Source: a virus (taxonomy: Duplodnaviria > Caudoviricetes). From it: DNA of 64,000 nucleotides. The translations under genes and the position numbers were made by a program. The notes beneath the pieces are model-generated. The model saw only the letters and a program-made list of their open reading frames with translations. It had not been told where the DNA came from and made no database searches. Below are positions 1-9,733 of the stretch, piece after piece. The stretch spans positions 96,001-160,000 of the IMG/VR virus record IMGVR_UViG_3300031555_004294; one strand, given 5' to 3'. How positions within the stretch are numbered: the stretch's first letter is position 1; every line of letters starts with the position of its first letter.

Positions 1-2112
1 TGAAATAAATCTGTCATCCTCAATGAAAGGAATATAAAAATGTCCATCATCCATCTTTATTGGATGAACAACATTTTCATCATGAATTCCTAAGAAAGCT
101 CTCAAATCATCATCGTCGATATTAATGAAGGGGATTTCATTATATGCACCAGTTTCTGAATTTATATCTGGAGAATACTTTATAACTCTTTCAATTGAAT
201 CTTTAAACTCAAAACCATCAAATCCATATTTCTTAGCAACATCTTCTCGTATATATTTTTTATAGCCTTCATTGTATACTGGAGACATAAGTTTGCTGTT
301 ATTTTGGAAAGTATAGACTACAAATAGATGCTCAGCTAATTGTTGATCTTTAATAGAAACTTCCAATTTTTCAGCAATATCATTAGTTAGTCTAATATAC
401 TTAGCTACATCAAGTCCATTCGATTTTTTAACAAAGTCAAATGAAGTAATACTACTTTCAACATTGTCGGAAGGTCCAACATGTACACTACTATTATCAT
501 ATGTGTTATTAGCATTTTTTACGTATCTTAAGTAGTGATTCCTAAATCTAATATGACTAGGTATTTTAGTTTCTAAGTCTTTGTAAAGGATAAATTTCTT
601 CTTACCATCTTCAAATAACATATTTTCAAGATGGTTAGCTACATTACCTTGAACTTCCATAAAGACAAAACTGTCATTTCTAAAATACGTAGGAACACCT
701 TCGTAATACTTAAAGTTTCCATCATTTAGTGAAATTTCATCGTCAACTAATTGATACTTTCCATTTTTATAGACAACTAGACTACCACTAGGAATATAAA
801 ATTCCTCGTTGATATTAAAGTTGTCGCATTGTAAGTTAATTGTATTGGAAGGAATAACCAAACCAGTTTGATCTCGTAATAGAGCATAACCAACATAAGT
901 ACGCTTTAAGATATCATCTCTTTTTTTAATGAAAAGCATTTTACTTGCATTGATAATTTCATCGTTGACGATGTTATTAAAATAAGTGTTTAGGTCAAAC
1001 TCAGTAATAAGGTTTTCTCTATTTAAAAACTCATAAATCAAAGCTTGCTTTACTTCACTTCTAGTTGGCATATCAGTACCACCAGATGGATCATTAAGCT
1101 TGACAATAGTTTTATCTGTTACAAAACGATTTAGAGTTTCATTACTGAATGAATGCTGTAACTCATTGTTGTTATACTTAAAGTTACCAGCTGAACCTAG
1201 AGTAGTATAAATATTCAGATACAGTTTAGAATTGATAACAGGTTTAAAGTTACCAGCTAATCCAGAGAAAAAGATAGTTAAATCAGTATTAGAGAAATTG
1301 TAGAAGCAATAATAAGATTCATCTGGAGTAAAGGTATCATTAAAGTACGGTTTTAGATATTCGTCTACTGTCTGAGTTTTATATCTTACAGTAAAATTCG
1401 CTAAATTATTAGCAAATTCTTGTTCAAAATATAAATTGTCTGATAAGTCACTTGAAAAATTTTCAAATATTTTTTCAGTTTTAGTTACCTGATAAATAGT
1501 ATACTGGATTGTAATAACATCAGTATCGATTGTCGTTGTAGCTCTATTAACCCAAACTGGAATATATGGATTTGTAGAATTACTAAACATACCTTTATTG
1601 TCTTTAGTATTACTTCTGTCATACTGTGCTGTATAAGAATATGATCCATCTATCATTCTAGAAGCTTTTATAACGATATCGTTTTCAGCCATAAATGGAA
1701 TTGTACCACAGTAATATTTATCATTTGTGCTTAATGTAAATGAATATGCATAACTATTTCCATCTGGGATTTTTTTACCATACGTCATGATATCTTTTTG
1801 TGTAATTGTAAAAGTAATATCCATAGACGCTGGTTTTGCCATAGGAATTTCATAGTTATATGATTTTGCTTTGTTATAGATACTCTTAGTTAAAGAAGCA
1901 GTATTTAAGAAACTTTCATCATATAAGAAGTTACGGTGAGCTGTTGCATTACGTAAAGACGTAGCCATAACTTCATTGATGTAACCATATAAACCTATCT
2001 TAAGATGATTTAGATTGTTTACATCTAGGTATTTTGGAGCAATTCTTTCCAACCAATTCTTTTCAAGATCATATTTATCTATAGCAATTTCAGTTAAATT
2101 TTTATCAGCCAA
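1..2112 (-). CDS. Baseplate wedge protein, T4 gp6-like (3' end runs off the window)
   Basis: Not in the ORF track. TTG start at 2112 after GAGGTG RBS. Translation MADKNLTEIAIDKYDLE...YDESFLNTASLTKSIYNKAKSYNYEIPMAKPA matches the gp6-type E-x-FL-x-TA...A...Y...PA N-terminal motif. Confidence 0.75.
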   Translation of the reverse strand, partial: MADKNLTEIAIDKYDLEKNWLERIAPKYLDVNNLNHLKIGLYGYINEVMATSLRNATAHRNFLYDESFLNTASLTKSIYNKAKSYNYEIPMAKPASMDITFTITQKDIMTYGKKIPDGNSYAYSFTLSTNDKYYCGTIPFMAENDIVIKASRMIDGSYSYTAQYDRSNTKDNKGMFSNSTNPYIPVWVNRATTTIDTDVITIQYTIYQVTKTEKIFENFSSDLSDNLYFEQEFANNLANFTVRYKTQTVDEYLKPYFNDTFTPDESYYCFYNFSNTDLTIFFSGLAGNFKPVINSKLYLNIYTTLGSAGNFKYNNNELQHSFSNETLNRFVTDKTIVKLNDPSGGTDMPTRSEVKQALIYEFLNRENLITEFDLNTYFNNIVNDEIINASKMLFIKKRDDILKRTYVGYALLRDQTGLVIPSNTINLQCDNFNINEEFYIPSGSLVVYKNGKYQLVDDEISLNDGNFKYYEGVPTYFRNDSFVFMEVQGNVANHLENMLFEDGKKKFILYKDLETKIPSHIRFRNHYLRYVKNANNTYDNSSVHVGPSDNVESSITSFDFVKKSNGLDVAKYIRLTNDIAEKLEVSIKDQQLAEHLFVVYTFQNNSKLMSPVYNEGYKKYIREDVAKKYGFDGFEFKDSIERVIKYSPDINSETGAYNEIPFINIDDDDLRAFLGIHDENVVHPIKMDDGHFYIPFIEDDRFIS

Positions 2113-2129
2113 AATTACTCTCACCTCAC

Positions 2130-3965
2130 TTAATTATAAAATAGTAGCTTGTATTTTTCATCTTTTTTAAAGACACCCACATTTTTAAATGAACGTTTTT
2201 CAAGGTTACTGCCAGATTTCTGATAAATGTATGAACTTCTTGTATCGGACATTGTTCGTAATCCTATACTATGTTTAGAACCTGGGTCATAACTTGCACC
2301 ATTAGTCATATTGATAAGTTTACTTTGGAATTCATCCATATCATCTACAGATAAAATATCTCCCTTGTAATGTGCTTGAGCTGTCATAATATCAGAAGAG
2401 TTCATAAATGTATCATTAAAATCAATTAGTATAGCTGGATCTAAAAATTCCTTAAAATTGTACACATAAGAAACTTGCAATTGTATTAAGTTTCTGCTAG
2501 TTATATCACCAGAACTAAATGACGAATAAGGAACATTCTGAGGGAATATACCAGTGTATTTTGCCCAGAAATCAATAGTTTCTCCATCTGGTGCCATCAA
2601 GAAATAATACAGAGAACTAGTATAGTCGAGTTCTCTACGATTTATTGTATCCATAGAAGGAGTCATAGTATTAAACTTTACACCTTCCATGTATTCGAAC
2701 CATACTTTGTGCAGAAAAGTAACCAATGCAGGTCTAATCTCATCATATGTGATTGATAAACTTCCACCACTAAAAGATGCAGCAGCAGTAGTAGGTAATT
2801 TTTGATTGTATCCTCTAAATGTTTCACTATATGTTCCTTCAGCAAGGCTATGATCTTCTAATGTCATTCCTCTAAAGTAGTTAAACAGTAAAGGGATAAA
2901 ACTTTGCTTGTTTGAATCATTACAAGTAAGGCTATCAATAATGTCTGGATAATTTCTTGCTACATATTCGATAAACCCATTTTGTAAAGTATTGTATAAA
3001 GCAGAATTCCCATCTGAAGATATTTTAGAATTTCTTTCTGCAACTGTGTAATTTTCAGCTTTTAAGTTTTTAGTAAGGTTTAGATCAGGCTTTGTTATAA
3101 ACGCATAACAGATGCCAGTTTCTGCATAATCAACGCCTGTTTCCACCCCTGTTCTAGTTTTTTGGAAGGTAGATAATAGATCAATTCCACCAGCTTCTTC
3201 TTCATTTCCATAACCTTTACTAGCATAAGTCATGAAAGTTTTATTATCAACTGACTTTCTAATATGAGGCAGATTGTCAAATACCTCATCATTTAATCCT
3301 TCAATTTTAGGTTTTGTATTTGGTAGGTTATTTGTTTTATTTTCAACTCTCTTTTGTTCTAAAAGTTTATCACCTATATTTACTGAACCCTTAGTTAGAC
3401 TATTATTACCACCATTTATATTTTTAAGAATACCATTTCCAATTTCTGCAATAACATCAATTGCTCCATTAACAATTGTCTTACCAAGACTAAAAACAGC
3501 CTTTGCACCATTTGCTATTTTATTTAAAGCTTCTCTTGGTTTTTCTGTAACTTTATTAAATGCGTCAACTGCATAATTTTGTAAATCTTCTGCCTTTTTA
3601 GCAATGTTATTTGCAACATTTTGTACTTTCTTTACGTCATCTTCTATGGCATTACAAGTTCTTTCAATTGCATTTCTCGCTACATCAGAGATTTTTTCAT
3701 CTATAGAATCGGTAAAATTTTTAACATTTGAAATTGCCGAATTTATATTTTTAACTGTATTTTCAGCTTTTCCAATATCTGATAGAATATCATTTGCTTT
3801 ATTCTTAACTCCATCACTAATAAAACTAGGCAGATTAGGATCATCCGCCGCAGTTAAAACATCTTCAGTAACTTTTTTAGCAGTTTCTAGCACATTAGAA
3901 ACATTATTGTTTACAGTTTCAGAAATTTTATTAAGTTTATCTTTTAGCTTCTTACCTAGTGACAT
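2130..3965 (-). CDS. Virion structural protein with C-terminal tail-tube/hub-like domain
   Basis: FITKPDLNL...LSITYDE...W...DYTSSLYYF...KYTGIFPQNVP resembles jumbo-phage tube-fold proteins. Adjacent to the baseplate gene, late-type promoter upstream. Confidence 0.55.
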   Translation of the reverse strand: MSLGKKLKDKLNKISETVNNNVSNVLETAKKVTEDVLTAADDPNLPSFISDGVKNKANDILSDIGKAENTVKNINSAISNVKNFTDSIDEKISDVARNAIERTCNAIEDDVKKVQNVANNIAKKAEDLQNYAVDAFNKVTEKPREALNKIANGAKAVFSLGKTIVNGAIDVIAEIGNGILKNINGGNNSLTKGSVNIGDKLLEQKRVENKTNNLPNTKPKIEGLNDEVFDNLPHIRKSVDNKTFMTYASKGYGNEEEAGGIDLLSTFQKTRTGVETGVDYAETGICYAFITKPDLNLTKNLKAENYTVAERNSKISSDGNSALYNTLQNGFIEYVARNYPDIIDSLTCNDSNKQSFIPLLFNYFRGMTLEDHSLAEGTYSETFRGYNQKLPTTAAASFSGGSLSITYDEIRPALVTFLHKVWFEYMEGVKFNTMTPSMDTINRRELDYTSSLYYFLMAPDGETIDFWAKYTGIFPQNVPYSSFSSGDITSRNLIQLQVSYVYNFKEFLDPAILIDFNDTFMNSSDIMTAQAHYKGDILSVDDMDEFQSKLINMTNGASYDPGSKHSIGLRTMSDTRSSYIYQKSGSNLEKRSFKNVGVFKKDEKYKLLFYN

Positions 3966-4006
3966 AACTCTCGTATCTCCTTTCTGTAAGTTCTGTATTT
4001 TATTCT

Positions 4007-4018
4007 TATAAACTTGTT
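4007..4018 (-). promoter_or_regulatory. Late-type promoter AACA-N6-TA
   Basis: AACAagtttaTA upstream of the baseplate operon; motif recurs 18 times upstream of genes. Confidence 0.7.
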
Positions 4019-4044
4019 TTCAAACAATTTTTTAATGAAATTAT

Positions 4045-4057
4045 AAACATATATTCT
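4045..4057 (+). promoter_or_regulatory. Early-type promoter AAAYATATATTCT
   Basis: aaacatatattct; same motif precedes several small-gene clusters. Confidence 0.6.
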
Positions 4058-4192
4058 AAGAGTGATGGATAGTCATATATTCATTATGTGGTTTCCTTCT
4101 AAGTATAAACAGTTTAGTCCTCTGTGACCAAGCACATGCTAAACGAATGAATATATCAAATCCTCACTTCTTTATAAGATGGGAGGTTTGGT

Positions 4193-4543
4193 ATGGAAAA
4201 ACATGTTACAAAACAAAGTTTATCTAAAGATAAAAATCATTCAGAAAAATTAAATTCTGAGTGTAAAAAAGAAAAAGATAAAGAAGAAACAAATGACAAA
4301 ATTTACTGGGAGTACATTCAAGGATACCCCAATCCTTACGGTAAAGAATTTTATGATTATGTGAAACAACATAAAAACATAAAATTCAGCAAAAATCCTA
4401 AAACTGCACGTATTGAAATGAGGGAATTAGCTTATAAGATTCATGCATGTCCTACAGAAAAGGATTTACCTACAACCCTTTGCGAGAAATCTTTAGGACG
4501 ATTGCTTATTGAATTTTTACTTGATCTTCCAGATATACTTTAA
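4193..4543 (+). CDS. Hypothetical protein
   Basis: 116 aa ORF, GGGAGG RBS, followed by a hairpin and T-tract at 4563-4608. Confidence 0.7.
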   Translation: MEKHVTKQSLSKDKNHSEKLNSECKKEKDKEETNDKIYWEYIQGYPNPYGKEFYDYVKQHKNIKFSKNPKTARIEMRELAYKIHACPTEKDLPTTLCEKSLGRLLIEFLLDLPDIL

Positions 4544-4619
4544 AACTTAGAGGAAAACTACAAGGGCAAGGACAGAAAAATCTTCCTTGCCCTCTTGGTT
4601 CTTTTTTTGGCTATAGAGT

Positions 4620-4631
4620 AACAAATTATTA
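4620..4631 (+). promoter_or_regulatory. Late-type promoter AACA-N6-TA
   Basis: AACAaattatTA upstream of the 4683 gene. Confidence 0.7.
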
Positions 4632-4682
4632 TAAGTCTCAGGAAAATTTAATATCCTAGTGAAAGGAGTGCAAAAAATAAAA

Positions 4683-6368
4683 ATGTCAAATAAACTCACT
4701 GTATTTGATTCGATTATAGCTTTTGTAAAGTATTTAGGAGCTGAAAAATCATCTGCTTCTGCTGTTAAAAATATGGTCAAAGCATCTGCAATTTCTAATG
4801 CTTCATTAGCATCTAGAGCTAGATTGAATGTTTGTCAATTTCCTTTATTAACTTCTTCTACAGTTTCTGTAAGTACCTATCAAAAAACTGCAGAAATTTT
4901 AGAGCAACTTTACGCTCAGTATTTAAAGTTGGTAATTGTCAACCAATTAGAAGTTATTAACTTAGAAAAAGACAATAAGTTGTCTATAGTTGCTAAAGTA
5001 CATCAAAATGATAATGCAATGGCATCTAATACTGATATTGCTAGAGATAATGCATTAAGAGCAGACGTTGCAGGACGTTTTTCAGAAGATATGGAATTTC
5101 TAAATGAACTTAGAGAAGCTTTATCATTTTTAGAAGTAACCGATTTTCCAGAACATGCCCTTAAAGAAGCAAATAAGCAACTGTTAAAGGAATACTCTGA
5201 AAACTTCAATTATACAAATCTCAATACTTGTCAATTATCCGAGTCTACTAAAACTGTAGATGAAGAAATAAATTCCAAGTACAACCATCTAAAGAATTTA
5301 GAAGCGGAAGAAAGAAGTATACGTAGTCATATTAGATATTGGCAGAATAAGCTAGATGCTTCGTCTAGTGATAATGAAAAAGAACGTGCAAAGTTTGCTA
5401 TAAAAAATCTTGAAACTCGACTTGAAAGAGTAAAAGATGAAATGGCTTCTATTATGAGAATCATCAAGACCCTTTCTGATAAGAAAACTTTAGATGATAG
5501 AGAACGTGCATATGCTAAAGAAAAAGAAAAAGAGCATGAAGCACATGAAAGAGAGTTAGCTAAAGAAGAAAGAGAAAAGAGAAGATTTGAATTTGAAATG
5601 GAGAAAGCTCAAAATAAAGAAGCTAGAGACCAAGAAAAATTTGAACTTGAGAAACGTGAAAAAGAAAGAGAACAAAGAGAGAAAGAAGAAAAAGCAAAAT
5701 TTAGAAAAGCTTTTGGTTCTGTTACCGACTTTGACAATGCTCTTATTCGTAAAAATAATCAATTAGAGCCTAGTATTTTATCTTTCACTATGAAGTATCA
5801 TACTAAGAGTGGCAGCTTTGAAGATACTAAGGTTGCTTTAGCTGTTAAAACAATCACTCACTTAATACAGTCTGATGAACTAGCTTATTATATCAATGAA
5901 ACTTTAACAAAAGATAGAAAAGTATTCAGAGCAATTCAGCTATTAACTGGTGAAAGAGATTTCTCTTGGCGTTTCTTATTCCACTTAGATAAAGCTAAGA
6001 GAGATGCTAGAGCTGATAATTCTGCCGTTAAATGGTGGAGACATCTTAAAGACAGAAGAGCTGCTAGCTGGTTAAATGCCGCTAGAGGTAATGATCCTTT
6101 TGTTCCCAATGCAACAATTGTTATGTCTTACGAGGATTATGAATGTCTTAAGCTAATGTACAAGAAAGATATCGTTAAAGATACTAAGCTAGCTTGGAAA
6201 TTAACTGACCATCTTTTTTTAATGCATCTTGTTATCGTTAATGATGTTAACAATGAGCTTATGATTTTCAATAAGGACGATCGTAACTGGGAAACTTATA
6301 CTCTTGATAAGCTACAAACTGAGATCAATACTATAAACAAAATGTCCAATCAAAAGACATTAAGATAA
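4683..6368 (+). CDS. Putative virion (head) structural protein with central coiled coil
   Basis: Long ORF with late promoter, E/K/R-rich insert and several L-x-E sites. ATG 4683 preferred over GTG 4659 because the RBS lies between them. Confidence 0.5.
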   Translation: MSNKLTVFDSIIAFVKYLGAEKSSASAVKNMVKASAISNASLASRARLNVCQFPLLTSSTVSVSTYQKTAEILEQLYAQYLKLVIVNQLEVINLEKDNKLSIVAKVHQNDNAMASNTDIARDNALRADVAGRFSEDMEFLNELREALSFLEVTDFPEHALKEANKQLLKEYSENFNYTNLNTCQLSESTKTVDEEINSKYNHLKNLEAEERSIRSHIRYWQNKLDASSSDNEKERAKFAIKNLETRLERVKDEMASIMRIIKTLSDKKTLDDRERAYAKEKEKEHEAHERELAKEEREKRRFEFEMEKAQNKEARDQEKFELEKREKEREQREKEEKAKFRKAFGSVTDFDNALIRKNNQLEPSILSFTMKYHTKSGSFEDTKVALAVKTITHLIQSDELAYYINETLTKDRKVFRAIQLLTGERDFSWRFLFHLDKAKRDARADNSAVKWWRHLKDRRAASWLNAARGNDPFVPNATIVMSYEDYECLKLMYKKDIVKDTKLAWKLTDHLFLMHLVIVNDVNNELMIFNKDDRNWETYTLDKLQTEINTINKMSNQKTLR

Positions 6369-6389
6369 TGGAAAGGAGATAAGAATAAA

Positions 6390-7463
6390 ATGGCAAATGT
6401 TGAAACTTTACTGGAGTCTTATCTATTTCCAGACGGTAAGGCTTATCTCAATTATAAATCTTTAACTGAAGCTGAAAAAGTTTCCTTTACTAAGAACATG
6501 GTAACTAAACTTTTCAGTACTGTTAAAAATAAATCTCTAAAAGTCAATTACGCAGGTTTAGAAAAAACTAGAGGAGACATTACCAAGTATCCTAAGTATG
6601 ACGACATTGAAAATTCTATCAAGATCTTAGAAAACATGTATAAGTCTAATCCTGATGACGCTCCTATTGAAATTCTTAGTTGTGTCAGAGTTTTAGAAAT
6701 TCTAAAGAAAAATAAAGCTGGTTTTGTTAATGCCTACAATAAAGAAAATGATGCAGTTGAGTTACTTTATGTCAATACTGCTGCAGCTCTTGTTGTTGGT
6801 ACTAGTAAACTAATTGCAGTTACAATTGAATACATTAAGCAACCTACTGGTGGGTTTAAGGCAGTTTTCAAAGAAAATAGTAAAACTTTGATGAAGGATG
6901 ATACTTATTTTCTTAGTTTAAGCCGTTTCATTACTATGGATAAAAATGGACAATTAAAGCAGTTATTAGATATGCCTAGTAAGCTTAATGAAGAATATGA
7001 CTTTGTGATGAATGAAGGTTTTATAGAAGATTTAGCTAATCTTTATGATAAAGGTAAAGAAGTTGGAAAGAATCCTCTTGTCTTAGTTAAAGATATGTGG
7101 AATAAACCTATGGGTAAAGTTGCTATAATTGTAGGTGCTGTTGCTTTAGTTATTTGGGCTGTTTCTTTTTTACCTTATCAATTCTATCGTCTAAGAAAAT
7201 CTATCTCTGATCATTTACTTAATCTTTCTTATTTCTTAGAGGAACATGCTTATGAGCTTGATACTACTAAAGGTAATGGACAAAAAGTTCAAGATAGACA
7301 ATTACGTGTAGTTGAAAAATTAAAGGCACTTGGTAATATGCTTTCTTTGGATGATAAGCAAGCTAAGAAAACTGCTGAAAAAGATAAGAAAGAAGATGAA
7401 GAAGAATCTAGAAAAGAGAATAATCCTTCTAATCATTCTTCTGATGATGATATTTTACTATAA
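6390..7463 (+). CDS. Putative virion protein with one transmembrane segment
   Basis: GAAAGGAG RBS, hydrophobic VAIIVGAVALVIWAVSFL, LLES/LTEA/MNEG motifs. Confidence 0.5.
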   Translation: MANVETLLESYLFPDGKAYLNYKSLTEAEKVSFTKNMVTKLFSTVKNKSLKVNYAGLEKTRGDITKYPKYDDIENSIKILENMYKSNPDDAPIEILSCVRVLEILKKNKAGFVNAYNKENDAVELLYVNTAAALVVGTSKLIAVTIEYIKQPTGGFKAVFKENSKTLMKDDTYFLSLSRFITMDKNGQLKQLLDMPSKLNEEYDFVMNEGFIEDLANLYDKGKEVGKNPLVLVKDMWNKPMGKVAIIVGAVALVIWAVSFLPYQFYRLRKSISDHLLNLSYFLEEHAYELDTTKGNGQKVQDRQLRVVEKLKALGNMLSLDDKQAKKTAEKDKKEDEEESRKENNPSNHSSDDDILL

Positions 7464-7544
7464 AAGTAAAACAACAATTATATAAAAGAGACTTGTTATC
7501 TTTAAAAATAAAAAATGTAACTTTTGAAAGGAGTTAAGTGTAAT

Positions 7545-8780
7545 ATGTTTTTAACTGAAACTGTAAATAATAAAACAGTAAAGTATGATGAAGCTAAGAT
7601 TGAGCCTGGTTTCTTATATGAAGCTGTTTTAGAAGCTAATGAGCAATACCATGATATTTGCATGAAGATGATTAAATGCGAACATCACTGTATTGTCACT
7701 GAAGATGCTAAAATGTTATCTGAAGCTGAAGAAGAAGCTAAGAGATCTTTTAAGGAAGTCATTGTTAACTTACTGAAGAAGATTAAGGAAGCTTTAGTTA
7801 ACTTTAAGAATTTCATGGTAGCACAACTAGCTAAGCTTGGCAAGATGGTTGCAAGAGTTGTTAGTGCTCCTGTACGTGGCGTTATTGCTATTGTTGGTGG
7901 TATTCGTACTTTAAGACAGGCTAGAAAAGATATTGAGGCAATCATTAGTTGGAATGGTGATAATCCTGATGATTGGGTTATTGAGGGAGAATATTATGAA
8001 GAGGCAGAAGATGTAGCTGGTGAGGCAGTTGATGCTAAGCAGGCTGTTAATGAAGCTAAGGGTATTTTTGAAAAACTCAAGGTTGCTGTTTCTAAGTTAA
8101 ACTTCCTTAAATCTTCTGCAGAAAAAGCAGCTAACGAAGGTGATGAACATCAGGCTAAGGCAAAATTAGCTGCTATTTCTTCTAAGATTTCCAAGGCATT
8201 TGCTAAAGTTCGTAACGCCTTTAAGGTTGCTACTATGGCTGTTTGGAATGCTATGAAGACTGCTGGCAAGGCTGTTGCTGATACTTCTAAGAAGGCAGCT
8301 GGTGCTGTTAAGGCTAAGGTTGGTAAGAAGGCTCCTGAAGCAGTTGCTGAGTCTGTAGAAACTAATGAAGTTGAAGCTCCTGAGATTTTCTTAGAGGATA
8401 TGCTGTATTTCTTTTCTGCAAATGACTCTTTAACTGAGTCAACTAATGTAATGACCCCTGTTTACCTTCTTTACCAGAGCTACACTGGTCACTCTATGAG
8501 AAGATACGCTCAGTTAGAGGATTCCTTTAACAAGATGAAGAATGAGGGTGATCGTAGACGTCTTAAGGGTAGAATTAGACGTTCTATTGCTTCTGCAGAA
8601 AAGGCATTAGATACTTCTAACTTAGGACAGGTTGAAAAATTATTAAAGCCTACTGCAATACCTGGTGCTGGCATTGTAAAGGTTGTTGCTAAGAACCTAC
8701 CTGCTTGTAAGAGAAAGACTAACGAATACTTAGAAAAGTTACGTTCTCTCTTAAAGAAGGTTGAAGAAAAGAAATTTTGA
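7545..8780 (+). CDS. Putative internal head protein, proteolytically processed
   Basis: Late promoter 7473-7484, repeated (L/V/F)-x-E|A/S sites, Ala/Lys-rich, N-terminal block shared with the 9734 gene. Confidence 0.55.
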   Translation: MFLTETVNNKTVKYDEAKIEPGFLYEAVLEANEQYHDICMKMIKCEHHCIVTEDAKMLSEAEEEAKRSFKEVIVNLLKKIKEALVNFKNFMVAQLAKLGKMVARVVSAPVRGVIAIVGGIRTLRQARKDIEAIISWNGDNPDDWVIEGEYYEEAEDVAGEAVDAKQAVNEAKGIFEKLKVAVSKLNFLKSSAEKAANEGDEHQAKAKLAAISSKISKAFAKVRNAFKVATMAVWNAMKTAGKAVADTSKKAAGAVKAKVGKKAPEAVAESVETNEVEAPEIFLEDMLYFFSANDSLTESTNVMTPVYLLYQSYTGHSMRRYAQLEDSFNKMKNEGDRRRLKGRIRRSIASAEKALDTSNLGQVEKLLKPTAIPGAGIVKVVAKNLPACKRKTNEYLEKLRSLLKKVEEKKF

Positions 8781-8801
8781 TAAGTAATTTCTCATAAAAA
8801 A

Positions 8802-8832
8802 TAGGAAGTAAGGTTTTATAACCTTACTTCCT
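8802..8832 (+). terminator. Intrinsic terminator hairpin
   Basis: ggaagtaaggtt-ttat-aaccttacttcc inverted repeat between convergent genes. Confidence 0.65.
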
Positions 8833-8895
8833 GCTTAATTAAAAAAAAATAGATAGAGATATGGACAGTGTATGCTCCATATCTCACTTTAAAAT

Positions 8896-9567
8896 TTATT
8901 CTGTTACTTCCTCTTCATCACTGAAGCAGAACTTTATTATAACATCTTGTTCCTCACTATCAAATAATTCTACATTTTTCTTTAGTATTTCCAAAATACT
9001 ATTTTTCTCATTTTTCATTTTTTCATTTACTGCTTCTAAATGACTATTTCTAGCATCGTACTTTTTATTAGTAGTCTCTTGTTCTACTATTTTGGTCATT
9101 AACTTGTCATTTGTTTTTTGTAATTTAGAAATACTATTTTTTAGTTTTGATACTTTAGTTTCCAATTCTTCTACATTTTTAGCTTTTTGTTCATCATTTT
9201 TCTTTTTTAGAGTTTCTAAATCATCTGACATTACTTCATATATTTTGTCAGCAATATTTAAAGCAGACTCTAGTGTAGGTTCTTCATTAAGCGTGACAAC
9301 ATCGTTACCACTTTCAGTAGTTGTAAAAGGAATAACATTATTTGCATCATCAGGAATATCACTGTTTTCAGTAATAACTTCTTGTTCACTAGTCTCTATT
9401 GCTTTAGTGTCTTTCTTTTTCTTAGACCAGAAGAACTTAAATGGCTTATCCTCCTTTACTATAAAAACTACTTCCTCTGGTAATTGATATTTATTAGCTA
9501 CAACTATGAAGTCAATAATTTCTTCCATTTCTTTTGCACTACATTTTGCTTTGAATGATTTAATCAT
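8896..9567 (-). CDS. Hypothetical coiled-coil protein
   Basis: AGGAG RBS before ATG 9567, early-like motif near 9630, ends EEEVTE. Confidence 0.7.
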   Translation of the reverse strand: MIKSFKAKCSAKEMEEIIDFIVVANKYQLPEEVVFIVKEDKPFKFFWSKKKKDTKAIETSEQEVITENSDIPDDANNVIPFTTTESGNDVVTLNEEPTLESALNIADKIYEVMSDDLETLKKKNDEQKAKNVEELETKVSKLKNSISKLQKTNDKLMTKIVEQETTNKKYDARNSHLEAVNEKMKNEKNSILEILKKNVELFDSEEQDVIIKFCFSDEEEVTE

Positions 9568-9733
9568 AATTTTATTTCTCCTTTTTTTTTTATTATGTGG
9601 AGATGAAGATACCACTATGTATGCTATAAAGATATATAGATATAATGGGGTATTATACGTTTTTCATAAATAACCCCAAAAAACAATAAAATAATGAACC
9701 AATAGGAAATACGTTAGAAAGGAAATATAGATT

